Translations under genes and position numbers: made by a program | Origin: Rhodanobacteraceae bacterium | GTDB taxonomy: Bacteria > Pseudomonadota > Gammaproteobacteria > Xanthomonadales > Rhodanobacteraceae | Reading direction: 5' to 3' | Length of the DNA: 64,000 nucleotides | NCBI GenBank assembly: GCA_021325475.1 | Contig: JAJPHA010000058.1 | Location: 4,170-68,169 of the forward strand | Notes under the pieces: model-generated | Told to the model about the DNA's origin: nothing | Databases searched by the model: none | Seen by the model: the letters and a program-made list of their open reading frames with translations, nothing else | In this document: positions 18,167 to 26,498 of the stretch, one piece after another | How positions within the stretch are numbered: the first letter of the stretch is position 1 | Layout: every line of letters starts with the position of its first letter

Positions 18167-19952
18167 GGTCAAGGTTCCCGACATCGGCAATTACACCAAC
18201 GTGCCGGTGATCGAGCTGCTGGTGAAGCCCGGCGATCGCGTCGCCAAGGATCAGGGCCTGGTCACGCTGGAATCGGACAAGGCGACGATGGAGGTGCCGT
18301 CCACCGTCGCCGGCGTGGTCCGCGAGCTGCGTGTGAAACTCGGCGACGAGGTGTCGGAGGGCACGGTCGTCGCGGTGATCGAGAGCGAAAGCGCCGCCGC
18401 CGCGACCGCGCCCGCTGCGCCTGCGGGCGCCGCCAAACCCGCGCCCGCCGCCAAACCCGCGCCCGCCGCGCCGTCGCCCGCGCCGCCGGCAGCGGCAGCC
18501 AAGGCGGCGCCGCGCCCGGCCGCGGCCTCGGGCCGCCGCGCCGACATCGAATGCCAGGTATGCGTGCTCGGCTCCGGCCCCGGCGGCTACACCGCGGCGT
18601 TCCGCGCCGCCGATCTCGGCCGGCACACCGTGCTGATCGAGCGCTATCCGACGCTCGGCGGTGTGTGTCTCAACGTCGGCTGCATTCCGTCGAAGGCGCT
18701 GCTGCACGCCGCGCGCGTGATCGACGAGGCCGCGCACGCGGCCGACATCGGCATCGCGTTCGGCCCGCCGCGGCTCGACCTCGCCAAGTTGCGCGCGTTC
18801 AAGGACAAGGTCGTGGCGCAGATGAACGGCGGCCTCGCCGGCATGGCCAAGCAGCGCAAGGTCACCGTCGTCACCGGCACCGGCAGCTTCGTCTCGCCGC
18901 ACGAAATCGAGGTGGTCGGCGCCGACGGCACCAAGCTGGTCCGCTTCGAGCACGCCATCATCGCCGCCGGATCGCAGGCGCTGAAACTGCCCGGCCTGCC
19001 GTGGGGCGACCCGCGGCTGATGGATTCGACCGACGCGCTCACGCTCGCCGACGTGCCGAAGACGCTGCTCGTGGTCGGCGGCGGCATCATCGGTCTGGAG
19101 ATGGCCTGCGTCTACGACGCGCTCGGCAGCGAGGTCACGGTCGTCGAGCTGCTGGATCAACTGATGCCCGGCGCCGATCCCGATCTGGTGCGCCCGCTCG
19201 CGCAGCGGCTCGGCAAGCGCTACGCCGGGATTCATCTCAAGACCAAGGTGGCGAAGATCGAGGCGCGGCCCGACGGTCTGCTTGCCACGTTCGAGGGCGA
19301 GCAGGCGCCCGCGCCGCAGCGCTACGACCGCGTGCTGGTGGCAGTCGGCCGCGTGCCGAACGGCGCTCGCATCGGCGCCGAGCGCGCCGGGGTGACGGTC
19401 AGCGAGCGCGGCTTCATTCCGGTCGACCGGCAACTGCGCACCAACGTGCCGCACATCTTCGCCATCGGCGACATCGTCGGTCCGCCGATGCTGGCGCACA
19501 AGGCCACGCACGAAGCCAAGGTCGCCGCCGAGGTGGCGGCCGGGCAGAAGAGCGAATTCGTCGCGCGGGTGATCCCGAGCGTGGCCTACACCGATCCCGA
19601 AGTCGCCTGGGTCGGCCTCACCGAGGCCGAGGCGAAGCAGGCCGGCATCGCCTACGGCGTCGGCAAGTTCCCGCACGCCGCCTCGGGCCGCGCGGTCGGC
19701 GTCGCCCGCACCGAAGGCTTCACCAAGCTGCTGTTCGACGAGGCCACGCACCGCATCCTCGGCGCCGGCATCACCTGCCCGAACGCCGGTGAGCTGATCT
19801 CCGAACTCGCGCTCGCCATCGAGATGGGGTGCGAAGCGGCCGACATCGGCCTCACCGTGCACCCGCATCCGACCTTGGCCGAATCCGTCGGCATGGCGGC
19901 GGAAGTATACGAAGGTACGATTACCGATTTGTACATTCCGAAGCGTCGTTGA
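18153..19952 (+). CDS. lpdA: dihydrolipoyl dehydrogenase (E3) with an N-terminal lipoyl domain
   Basis: The start is GTG 18153, after AAGGAG. It has a lipoyl domain (LESDKATMEVPS), an Ala/Pro linker, FAD-binding VLGSGPGGY, the redox-active CLNVGCIPSK and a C-terminal HAHPTL-like motif (VHPHPTLAES). Confidence 0.9.
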   Translation: MSKTEVKVPDIGNYTNVPVIELLVKPGDRVAKDQGLVTLESDKATMEVPSTVAGVVRELRVKLGDEVSEGTVVAVIESESAAAATAPAAPAGAAKPAPAAKPAPAAPSPAPPAAAAKAAPRPAAASGRRADIECQVCVLGSGPGGYTAAFRAADLGRHTVLIERYPTLGGVCLNVGCIPSKALLHAARVIDEAAHAADIGIAFGPPRLDLAKLRAFKDKVVAQMNGGLAGMAKQRKVTVVTGTGSFVSPHEIEVVGADGTKLVRFEHAIIAAGSQALKLPGLPWGDPRLMDSTDALTLADVPKTLLVVGGGIIGLEMACVYDALGSEVTVVELLDQLMPGADPDLVRPLAQRLGKRYAGIHLKTKVAKIEARPDGLLATFEGEQAPAPQRYDRVLVAVGRVPNGARIGAERAGVTVSERGFIPVDRQLRTNVPHIFAIGDIVGPPMLAHKATHEAKVAAEVAAGQKSEFVARVIPSVAYTDPEVAWVGLTEAEAKQAGIAYGVGKFPHAASGRAVGVARTEGFTKLLFDEATHRILGAGITCPNAGELISELALAIEMGCEAADIGLTVHPHPTLAESVGMAAEVYEGTITDLYIPKRR

Positions 19953-19981
19953 GCCTCGACGCCGCGCGGCGCATGCGGCGT

Positions 19982-20341
19982 CTACTTGCGCTTCTTGGTC
20001 GCCGGCTTGGCGGCGGCAGCGACGGCGGCGTCCGGCACGATCTGCTCGGCCACCTCGTAGTGCCGCACCAGCGGCTCCATCTGCAGCAGGTACTGATCGT
20101 CCTCGGGGTAGTAGACCGAGCGCTCGGGATCCTCGCCGGCGAAGGCGCGCACCGCGGCCATCGAATCCCACAGCGAAATCAGCATGATCTCGCAGTGCTC
20201 ACCCTGGTCGCGGCGCAGCACCGTGACGCCGCGGTTGCCGGGCGTGCGGGCGTAGTCGCGGATGCCGGTTTCGCGCAGATAGGCGAGATAGTCGTCCGCC
20301 TTTTCCTTGAGCGTGATTCCGCGCCAGATGCGAGCGATCAT
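19982..20341 (-). CDS. small ABM/Dabb-like (ferredoxin-fold) protein
   Basis: A 119-aa ORF with coding-like codon usage. MIARIWRGITLKEKADDYLAYL...ISLWDSMAAVRAFAG is reminiscent of antibiotic-biosynthesis-monooxygenase-like domains. This assignment is tentative. Confidence 0.5.
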   Translation of the reverse strand: MIARIWRGITLKEKADDYLAYLRETGIRDYARTPGNRGVTVLRRDQGEHCEIMLISLWDSMAAVRAFAGEDPERSVYYPEDDQYLLQMEPLVRHYEVAEQIVPDAAVAAAAKPATKKRK

Positions 20342-20374
20342 GCGAAGTCTCCGCTGCCTGCGTCGGCCAGCATA

Positions 20375-20391
20375 GCAAAACGCGGTTTTGC
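20375..20391 (-). terminator. perfect hairpin GCAAAAC-GCG-GTTTTGC just downstream of phhA
   Basis: Read directly in the sequence, 8 nt after the phhA stop. It has no clear U-tract, so terminator function is uncertain. Confidence 0.35.
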
Positions 20392-20398
20392 CGCTCGG

Positions 20399-21289
20399 CT
20401 ACACGTCGCCGTCCGCCGCCCAGCCCTCGCCGGTGCCGCGGTGGTAGACCACATCGGTCGGCAGCACGGCGCCGGCCGGAATCGAGTCCAGCTCGGCGAG
20501 TTCGGCGTAGATCGGCGTGAAATCGGGCGCGGTGGCGCGCATCAACTGCTCGTAGCTGTCGATGACGAAGTAGGTTTTCTGGTAGGTGTCGATGCGGTAG
20601 CGCGTGCGCATGATGCGCTTGAGATCGAAGGCGATGCGGTTCGGCGCGGGCGATTCGAGGCAATGGATCGACTCGCCCTTCGAGGAAACGATGCCGGACC
20701 CGTAGATGCGTAGGCCGGCGTCCTCCTTGATCAGGCCGAACTCGACCGTGTACCAGTACAACCGGGTGAGATTGGTGAGGGCCTGCGCGCCGATGCCGTG
20801 CGCCTTGACTCCGCCCTGGCCGTAGGCCTGCATGTAGTCGGCGAACACCGGGTTGAGCAGCAGCGGCACGTGGCCGAACAGATCGTGGAACAGATCGGGC
20901 TCGCTGATGTAGTCGATCTGCTCGGGTCGGCGGATCCACCAGGTCACCGGGAAGCGGCGGTTGGCCAGATGCTCGAAGAATGTCAGTTCCGGCAGCAGGC
21001 CCTCGACGCCGATCAGGGTCCAGCCGGTCGCCCGCGTGAGCAGGCGGTTGAGCTCGTCGAACTTCGGGATCGCGTGCGGCGTCATGCCGAACTTGCGCTG
21101 GTTCTCGAGGAACTCGCGCGCGGCCCGGCCGACGAGGATCCGCTGCTGGCGCTCGAACAGCGTCGCCCAGGTCGCGTGGTCCTCGCGGCTGTAGCTCGAC
21201 CACGGCTGCTCGACCACCGCCGTGGTGTAGATCGGCACGGTACCCTTGTCGGTCTGCTGATGTTCGACGCGGCGCGGTTGGGCGTTCAT
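20399..21289 (-). CDS. phhA: phenylalanine 4-monooxygenase
   Basis: The internal ATG at 21289 gives a 296-aa protein. It carries EPDLFHDLFGHVP and YWYTVEFGL, the iron-binding His/His/Glu context of aromatic amino-acid hydroxylases. Confidence 0.9.
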   Translation of the reverse strand: MNAQPRRVEHQQTDKGTVPIYTTAVVEQPWSSYSREDHATWATLFERQQRILVGRAAREFLENQRKFGMTPHAIPKFDELNRLLTRATGWTLIGVEGLLPELTFFEHLANRRFPVTWWIRRPEQIDYISEPDLFHDLFGHVPLLLNPVFADYMQAYGQGGVKAHGIGAQALTNLTRLYWYTVEFGLIKEDAGLRIYGSGIVSSKGESIHCLESPAPNRIAFDLKRIMRTRYRIDTYQKTYFVIDSYEQLMRATAPDFTPIYAELAELDSIPAGAVLPTDVVYHRGTGEGWAADGDV

Positions 21290-21359
21290 GGCGGCCTCGG
21301 CGGCGCACCCGGTGGGCGCCATTCTAGCACCGCGCCGCCGCGCCGGAATTGGTCGCGGA

Positions 21360-22151
21360 TCAATGCAGCGTCGGCCCGTCCTCGCGCCGCGGCGGGAACG
21401 GCACGATGTTGTCGCCGCCGTAGCGGCGCGGCCGCGGACCGTGCCAGCGCGCCGGTGCATCGAGGTCGTCCGCGACGGAGTCCGCGCTCGCCTGTGCATT
21501 TTCTTCTTGTTCTTCTTCTTCCCAACTGTAGCGTTTGCGCGGCGGCAGCGGATCGAGACGAAACGCCGCCAGCGCCGAGGCGAGGCCGGCGAGCGCGCCG
21601 AACAGGTGATACTCGAACGATACCTCCGGCTCGCGCGGCAGCACCGTCAGCACCATGCCGCCGTACAGGAAGAACACGAGCAGGGCGATGGCCACGCCGA
21701 GCCGGTCGCGCCGCAGCAGACCCATCACGAACAGGAAGAACATCAAGCCGTGGGTGATGCCGCTGATGCCGACGTGCACCGACGGCCGCGCCCACAGCCA
21801 CACGCCGAGCCCGGACACGAGCCAGATGCACGGCAGCGCCAGGCGCGTGGCGCGCGGATAGGCGTACAGCGTGAGCGCCGCGAGCAGGCCGAGCGGCAAG
21901 GTGTTCGACATCAGGTGCGCGAACGAGGCGTGCACGAACGGCGCGGTCAGAATGCCGATCAGGCCGTGCGCGTCGCGCGGGCGGATGCCGAGATCGTCCA
22001 GGTCCCAGCCGAGCAGCCAGGCGCCGAGCCAGGCCAGCCAGATGCCGGCGACCAGGCCGGCGGCACCGAGCACGGCGTAGCGGACCCGCGCGCGGTCGCG
22101 CGCGACCGTGGCGGTGCTCGGCTCGGGAGTCGGCGAGGCGATCGTCTCCAT
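21360..22151 (-). CDS. rhomboid family intramembrane serine protease
   Basis: The internal ATG at 22151 gives a polytopic membrane protein with a GISGITHG (GxSG) motif and a downstream His in YHLFGALAG. It has an acidic C-terminal tail. Confidence 0.8.
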   Translation of the reverse strand: METIASPTPEPSTATVARDRARVRYAVLGAAGLVAGIWLAWLGAWLLGWDLDDLGIRPRDAHGLIGILTAPFVHASFAHLMSNTLPLGLLAALTLYAYPRATRLALPCIWLVSGLGVWLWARPSVHVGISGITHGLMFFLFVMGLLRRDRLGVAIALLVFFLYGGMVLTVLPREPEVSFEYHLFGALAGLASALAAFRLDPLPPRKRYSWEEEEQEENAQASADSVADDLDAPARWHGPRPRRYGGDNIVPFPPRREDGPTLH

Positions 22152-22195
22152 CTCCGCATCATGGGGCCGGGGTCGGGCGGCGACAAGGCGTGCTC

Positions 22196-22210
22196 TGGCA
22201 CGGATCTTGT
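22196..22210 (+). promoter_or_regulatory. sigma-54-like -24/-12 element upstream of the GGDEF gene
   Basis: TGGCACG-GATC-TTGT compares with the consensus TGGCACG-N4-TTGCW. The -12 C is replaced by T. It lies about 77 nt upstream of ATG 22287. Confidence 0.25.
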
Positions 22211-22286
22211 CTTCTTGCCAAGTGCCGCGGGCGGAGGCAGACTCGCGCCGCGATTGGGGGCTCGGCCAGGGGGCCTCGATGAGGTC

Positions 22287-23483
22287 ATGGACATTCGCAC
22301 CGCAATTCTGATTGCGGCGGTGCTGGCGCTGTTGATCGGCGTCAGTCTGCGCTATGTGCTGCGCGATTATCCCGACGAATTCGCCCCGAGCATCCGCCTG
22401 TGGCTGCTCGGCACGCTGATCCAGCCGACCGCGTGGATGTGCTACAGCCTGCGCGACCAGGCGCCGGACTGGCTGACGATGGTGCTCGCCAACGCCCTGC
22501 TCGGCTACGCCTACGCCCTGCACTGTCGCGCCGTGCGGCTGTTCGTCGGCCGGCCGTTGCCGCTGGCGGTGAGCCATGCGCCGGTGGCGGCGATCGTCGC
22601 GTTCGAGATCCTGTTCACCTACGTGATGCCGAGCATGCGGCTGCGCGTGGTGAGCGTGTCGGCCGTGATCGGCCTGCAGATGGTCTGCGCGGCGAGCGCC
22701 CTGCTCGACTGGCGCACGCCGCGCCGGCGCAGTCACCTGCTCACCGCCGCGGCGTTTCTCGCCGTGGCCGCGGTGCTGGCGGTGCGGGTGGCCTACGAGG
22801 GGCTGCGGCCGGATGTGCTGCCGCACGCCTTCGCCGCGAGCTGGATGCAGTCCGCGGTATTCGCGATCGCGGCCTGCTTCCCGATCGTCGCCACGATCGG
22901 TTTCGTGCTGATGGCGAGCGATCGGCTCAACCAGGAACTGGAACGCCAGGCCGCGCTCGATGCCCTCACCGGCGTCTGCAACCGGCGCACGCTCGGCGAG
23001 CAGGCGGCGCGCGCCATCGCGCTGGCGCATCGTCACAAGCGGCCGCTCGCGGTGCTGCTGATCGACGCCGATCACTTCAAGCGCATCAACGACGTGCACG
23101 GCCACGAAGCCGGCGACGAGGCGTTGCAGACGCTCGCCGCGGTGTTGCAGTGTTCGCTGCGCGCCGGGGACCTGTTCGGCCGGCTCGGCGGCGAGGAGTT
23201 CGTCGTCGTGCTGCCGGAGGCCGACGAGGCCGCCGCGCGCGCCAGCGCCGAGCGCCTGCGCGCGGCGGTCGAACAAGCCGAATTCGCCGCGCAGCATCGC
23301 CGGGTGCCGCTGCGCATCTCCATCGGCATCGCCGTGATCGACGACCACGACGACTTCGCCGACCTGCTGCGTCGCGCCGATCAGGCGATGTACGCCGCCA
23401 AGCGCGCCGGCCGCAATTGCGTGTGCGGACCCTCCGATCTGCCGCGCACGCCGGTGCTGGTCGCCGGCGATTTCGCCGGCTGA
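22287..23483 (+). CDS. membrane-bound diguanylate cyclase (GGDEF domain)
   Basis: Roughly six N-terminal hydrophobic segments are followed by DALTGVCNRR and then the active-site GGEEF. An RxxD-like I-site context is present. Confidence 0.85.
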   Translation: MDIRTAILIAAVLALLIGVSLRYVLRDYPDEFAPSIRLWLLGTLIQPTAWMCYSLRDQAPDWLTMVLANALLGYAYALHCRAVRLFVGRPLPLAVSHAPVAAIVAFEILFTYVMPSMRLRVVSVSAVIGLQMVCAASALLDWRTPRRRSHLLTAAAFLAVAAVLAVRVAYEGLRPDVLPHAFAASWMQSAVFAIAACFPIVATIGFVLMASDRLNQELERQAALDALTGVCNRRTLGEQAARAIALAHRHKRPLAVLLIDADHFKRINDVHGHEAGDEALQTLAAVLQCSLRAGDLFGRLGGEEFVVVLPEADEAAARASAERLRAAVEQAEFAAQHRRVPLRISIGIAVIDDHDDFADLLRRADQAMYAAKRAGRNCVCGPSDLPRTPVLVAGDFAG

Positions 23484-23522
23484 GCGCGGCGCCGCGGCGC
23501 GCGTGTCCGCTATGATGCGGGC

Positions 23523-24698
23523 ATGAACCACGTCGCGCCGCCCGTCGTCCGCCTCTCGATCGAACGCCGCTCCAACCATCCCTGGATCTTCCAGAAGATG
23601 GTCGAGAAACCCGCCGTGCGGCCGAAGCCCGGCAGCGTGGTGGACATCGTCGATCGCGCCGGCAACTTCGCCGGCCGCGGGTTCTACAACGGCCACTCGC
23701 GCATCGCCCTGCGCGTGCTCACCGAGGATCCGGACGAAGCCATCGACGAGGCGTTCTTCGCGCGGCGCATCGCCGCGGCGGTGCGCCTGCGCCGGGAGGT
23801 GCTCAAGCTCGACGCCGTCAGCGACGCCTATCGCGTGATCCACGCCGAAGGCGACGGCCTGTCCGGTCTGGTGGTCGACCGCTTCGCCGACACGCTGGTG
23901 ATCGAATACTTCGCCGCCGGCATGTTCCGCCAGCGCGAGCTCATCGCCCGTTGCCTGCGCGAACACTTTCCCGGCGCCAGCCTCTACGCCTTCGCCGAAG
24001 ACCACGTGCAGAAGCAGGAGAGCTTCGACTTCGCCGCGCCGCCTGCGCCCGCGCCGACCCGGATCCAGGAGCACGGTGTGCGCTTTCACGCCGCGCCGGG
24101 CGCCAAGCACAAGACCGGCTTCTTCGCCGACCAGCGCGACAACCGGCGCTGGCTGGCGGAGTTCTGCGCCGGCGCGCGCGTGCTCGATCTGTGTTGCAAC
24201 TCCGGCGGCTTCGGCATCTACGCCGCGACGCTCGGCGGTGCGCGCGAGGTGGTCGGGCTCGATCTCGACGAGGACATCCTGGCGCTGGCCGAGCGCAACG
24301 CGCGGCTCAACCAGGCGAAGATCCGCTTCGTCCAGGCCGACCTGTTCGCCTGGCTGCGCGACGCCGCGGCGCACCGGCGCGAGCCGTTCGACGTGGTGGT
24401 GCTCGATCCGGCCAAGCTGACCCGCGACCGCGAGCAAGTGATCCCGGCGCTCAAGAAATACCTCGACATGAACAAGCTCGCGCTGGCCGCGGTCAAGCCC
24501 GGCGGAATCTTCCTCACCTGCTCGTGCACCGGCCTGGTCAGCGAGGAGCAGTTCCTCGACATGCTGCGGCGCGCGGCGTTCTACGCGCGGCGCACGTTGC
24601 AGGTGCTGAAGGTGTCCGGCGCCGGCCCGGATCACCCGTGGCTCGCGCACGTGCCGGAATCGCGCTATCTCAAGGCGGCGTTCTGCCGGGTCGAGTAG
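23523..24698 (+). CDS. rlmI: class I SAM-dependent rRNA methyltransferase, RlmI-like (PUA plus MTase)
   Basis: It has HPWIFQKMV and a PUA-like N-terminus, then EGDGLSGLVVDRF, a SAM-binding VLDLCCNSGGFG motif, VVLDPAK and a catalytic CSCTG context. Confidence 0.8.
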   Translation: MNHVAPPVVRLSIERRSNHPWIFQKMVEKPAVRPKPGSVVDIVDRAGNFAGRGFYNGHSRIALRVLTEDPDEAIDEAFFARRIAAAVRLRREVLKLDAVSDAYRVIHAEGDGLSGLVVDRFADTLVIEYFAAGMFRQRELIARCLREHFPGASLYAFAEDHVQKQESFDFAAPPAPAPTRIQEHGVRFHAAPGAKHKTGFFADQRDNRRWLAEFCAGARVLDLCCNSGGFGIYAATLGGAREVVGLDLDEDILALAERNARLNQAKIRFVQADLFAWLRDAAAHRREPFDVVVLDPAKLTRDREQVIPALKKYLDMNKLALAAVKPGGIFLTCSCTGLVSEEQFLDMLRRAAFYARRTLQVLKVSGAGPDHPWLAHVPESRYLKAAFCRVE

Positions 24699-24761
24699 CC
24701 GCGTCAACCGCCGGCGGGGCGATGCGTTGTGGATGGTTCGGTTCTCGACAAGGAAACATTC

Positions 24762-25814
24762 GTGCGCCTGCCAGCCATGTTTCTTGGATCGTTCGCCGCA
24801 GCATCAAGCCACGCCGCCGTGGTTTACGATTTCACGCCGGTTACGCAGCAGATCGACGGCATGATGCAGACCTATTCGCTCCACGGCGCCTCGCTGATCG
24901 TCATTCGCAACGGCGCCGTCATCTACGAGCAGTTTTTCGGCAACTACACCTCCGCGACCCGCATTCCCATCGCTTCGGCGAGCAAATGGCTCTCGGCGCT
25001 GGCAATCGAGCGGCTGGTGGAGAAGAACCAGATGAGCTGGAGCGACACGGTCGGCAAGTACATCCCGACTGCGCCGGCCGACAAGCAGAACATCACCCTG
25101 GGTCAGCTGTTCAGTCACACCTCGGGCCTGTCGCAGAACGACGATGCCTGCCTGGGCGACGAGACGAACTACACGCTCGCGACCTGCGCCCAGGAAATCC
25201 TGAACACGACGCTGGAATACCCTCCCGGAACTGCCTTCGCCTATACCGGCAACGGCATGCAGGTGGGCGGCTACATGGCGACGCTCGCGACCGGCAAGAC
25301 CTGGGACCAGATTTTCCAGGACGAAGTGACCACGCCGCTGGGCATGACAAGTACCGATTTCGCGACGACTTCGCTCAAGCCGCCGTATATCACGGTACCG
25401 AATCCGCAGATCGCCGGCGGCGTGCGCTCGACCATGCTCGATTACGCGAACGTCGTGCAGATGGTGGCCCAGCACGGGCAGTGGGGCGGCGCGCCGTACC
25501 TTTCCGCCAACGACATCGCCGACATGCAGAAGGATCACACGAACGCCGCGCCGGTTCTCTACACGCCCGATTCGTACTCCTACGGCTATGGCTACGGCGA
25601 ATGGCGCGATTCCGTCGACGCGCAGGGCGTCGCCGTGCAAGTGTCGAGCACCGGCAAGTTTGCCACCTCGCCCTGGGTCGACAATTCGACCGGTGTGGCC
25701 GCCGTTTTTCTGGTCAACAGCAGCTACAGCCTGCTCGAGAATGACCTGCGCGGCCTGTGGAGCAACGTGCACGCCGTGGTCACGGATCCGATCTTCAGCG
25801 ACGGCTTCGAATAA
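24762..25814 (+). CDS. serine hydrolase of the beta-lactamase/transpeptidase-like family, secreted
   Basis: It carries an SxxK motif (IASASKW) and a signal-like N-terminus, (V)RLPAMFLGSFAAASSHA. The region is visibly lower in GC than its flanks. The start could be GTG 24729, GTG 24762 (AAGGA upstream) or ATG 24777. Confidence 0.72.
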   Translation: MRLPAMFLGSFAAASSHAAVVYDFTPVTQQIDGMMQTYSLHGASLIVIRNGAVIYEQFFGNYTSATRIPIASASKWLSALAIERLVEKNQMSWSDTVGKYIPTAPADKQNITLGQLFSHTSGLSQNDDACLGDETNYTLATCAQEILNTTLEYPPGTAFAYTGNGMQVGGYMATLATGKTWDQIFQDEVTTPLGMTSTDFATTSLKPPYITVPNPQIAGGVRSTMLDYANVVQMVAQHGQWGGAPYLSANDIADMQKDHTNAAPVLYTPDSYSYGYGYGEWRDSVDAQGVAVQVSSTGKFATSPWVDNSTGVAAVFLVNSSYSLLENDLRGLWSNVHAVVTDPIFSDGFE

Positions 25815-25874
25815 TCGCGTGCGGACCTCGCCGACGCGCTAAACGGTCGCGCCCTTGTCTGCGCGAGTTTCGCC

Positions 25875-26353
25875 ATGTCCGAATCCGGCAAGCTGTCCCT
25901 GCGCGCCGCCGTCAAGCCGGTCTCGCCCGCGGTCACGCGCGGGCAGGCACTGGACGCGGTGCGCACCCTGCTCGCCTGGGCCGGCGAGGACCCGGCGCGC
26001 GAGGGCTTGCGCGACACGCCGCGGCGCACCGGCGCGAGCCGTTCGACGTGGTGGTGCTCGATCCGGCCAAGCTGACCCGCGACCGCGAGCAGGTGATCCC
26101 GGCGCTCAAGAAATACCTCGACATGAACAAGCTCGCGCTGGCCGCGGTCAAGCCCGGCGGAATCTTCCTCACCTGCTCCTGCACCGGCCTGGTCGGCGAG
26201 GAGCAGTTCCTCGACATGCTGCGGCGCGCGGCGTTCTACGCGCGGCGCACGTTGCAGGTGCTGAAGGTGTCCGGCGCCGGTCCGGATCACCCGTGGCTCG
26301 CGCACGTGCCGGAATCGCGCTATCTCAAGGCGGCGTTCTGCCGGGTCGAGTAG
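25875..26353 (+). pseudogene. chimeric remnant: a folE-like 5-prime stub fused to a duplicated rlmI 3-prime end
   Basis: 25956-26027 matches folE 29163-29234 at 71/72 nt. 26016-26353 matches rlmI 24361-24698 at 334/338 nt. The two homologies overlap in ACGCCGCGGCGC. Confidence 0.75.
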
Positions 26354-26494
26354 AACCTGTCGCAAGCTCTGCTGCGCTCGACGGCTCACGCGCCGGCGGT
26401 GCTCGGACTCCTGATTTACTACCGGCACACTCCGGGTTCTGCGCTCCGGCGGCGCGCCATCCGTCCTCGCTCGCGACGAACTCGAGACTGGTTC
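26353..26494. mobile_element. degenerate about 142-bp MITE related to the ends of the IS5-family element at 45970
   Basis: It aligns along its whole length, in reverse orientation, with the MITE at 43941-44082. Its termini GAACCTGTCGCAAG / ..GAGACTGGTTC are decayed versions of GAACCTATCTCAAAAT. Confidence 0.6.
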
Positions 26495-26498
26495 CGGC

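Noticed and set aside
25757-26353. 198-aa ORF ending in a perfect RlmI C-terminus, considered as a possible real small methyltransferase
   Set aside because: Its C-terminal 112 aa are a duplicated rlmI 3' end lacking the SAM-binding half. Its N-terminal part is out-of-frame read-through of the hydrolase 3' end and the folE-like stub. I treat it as a chimeric remnant.
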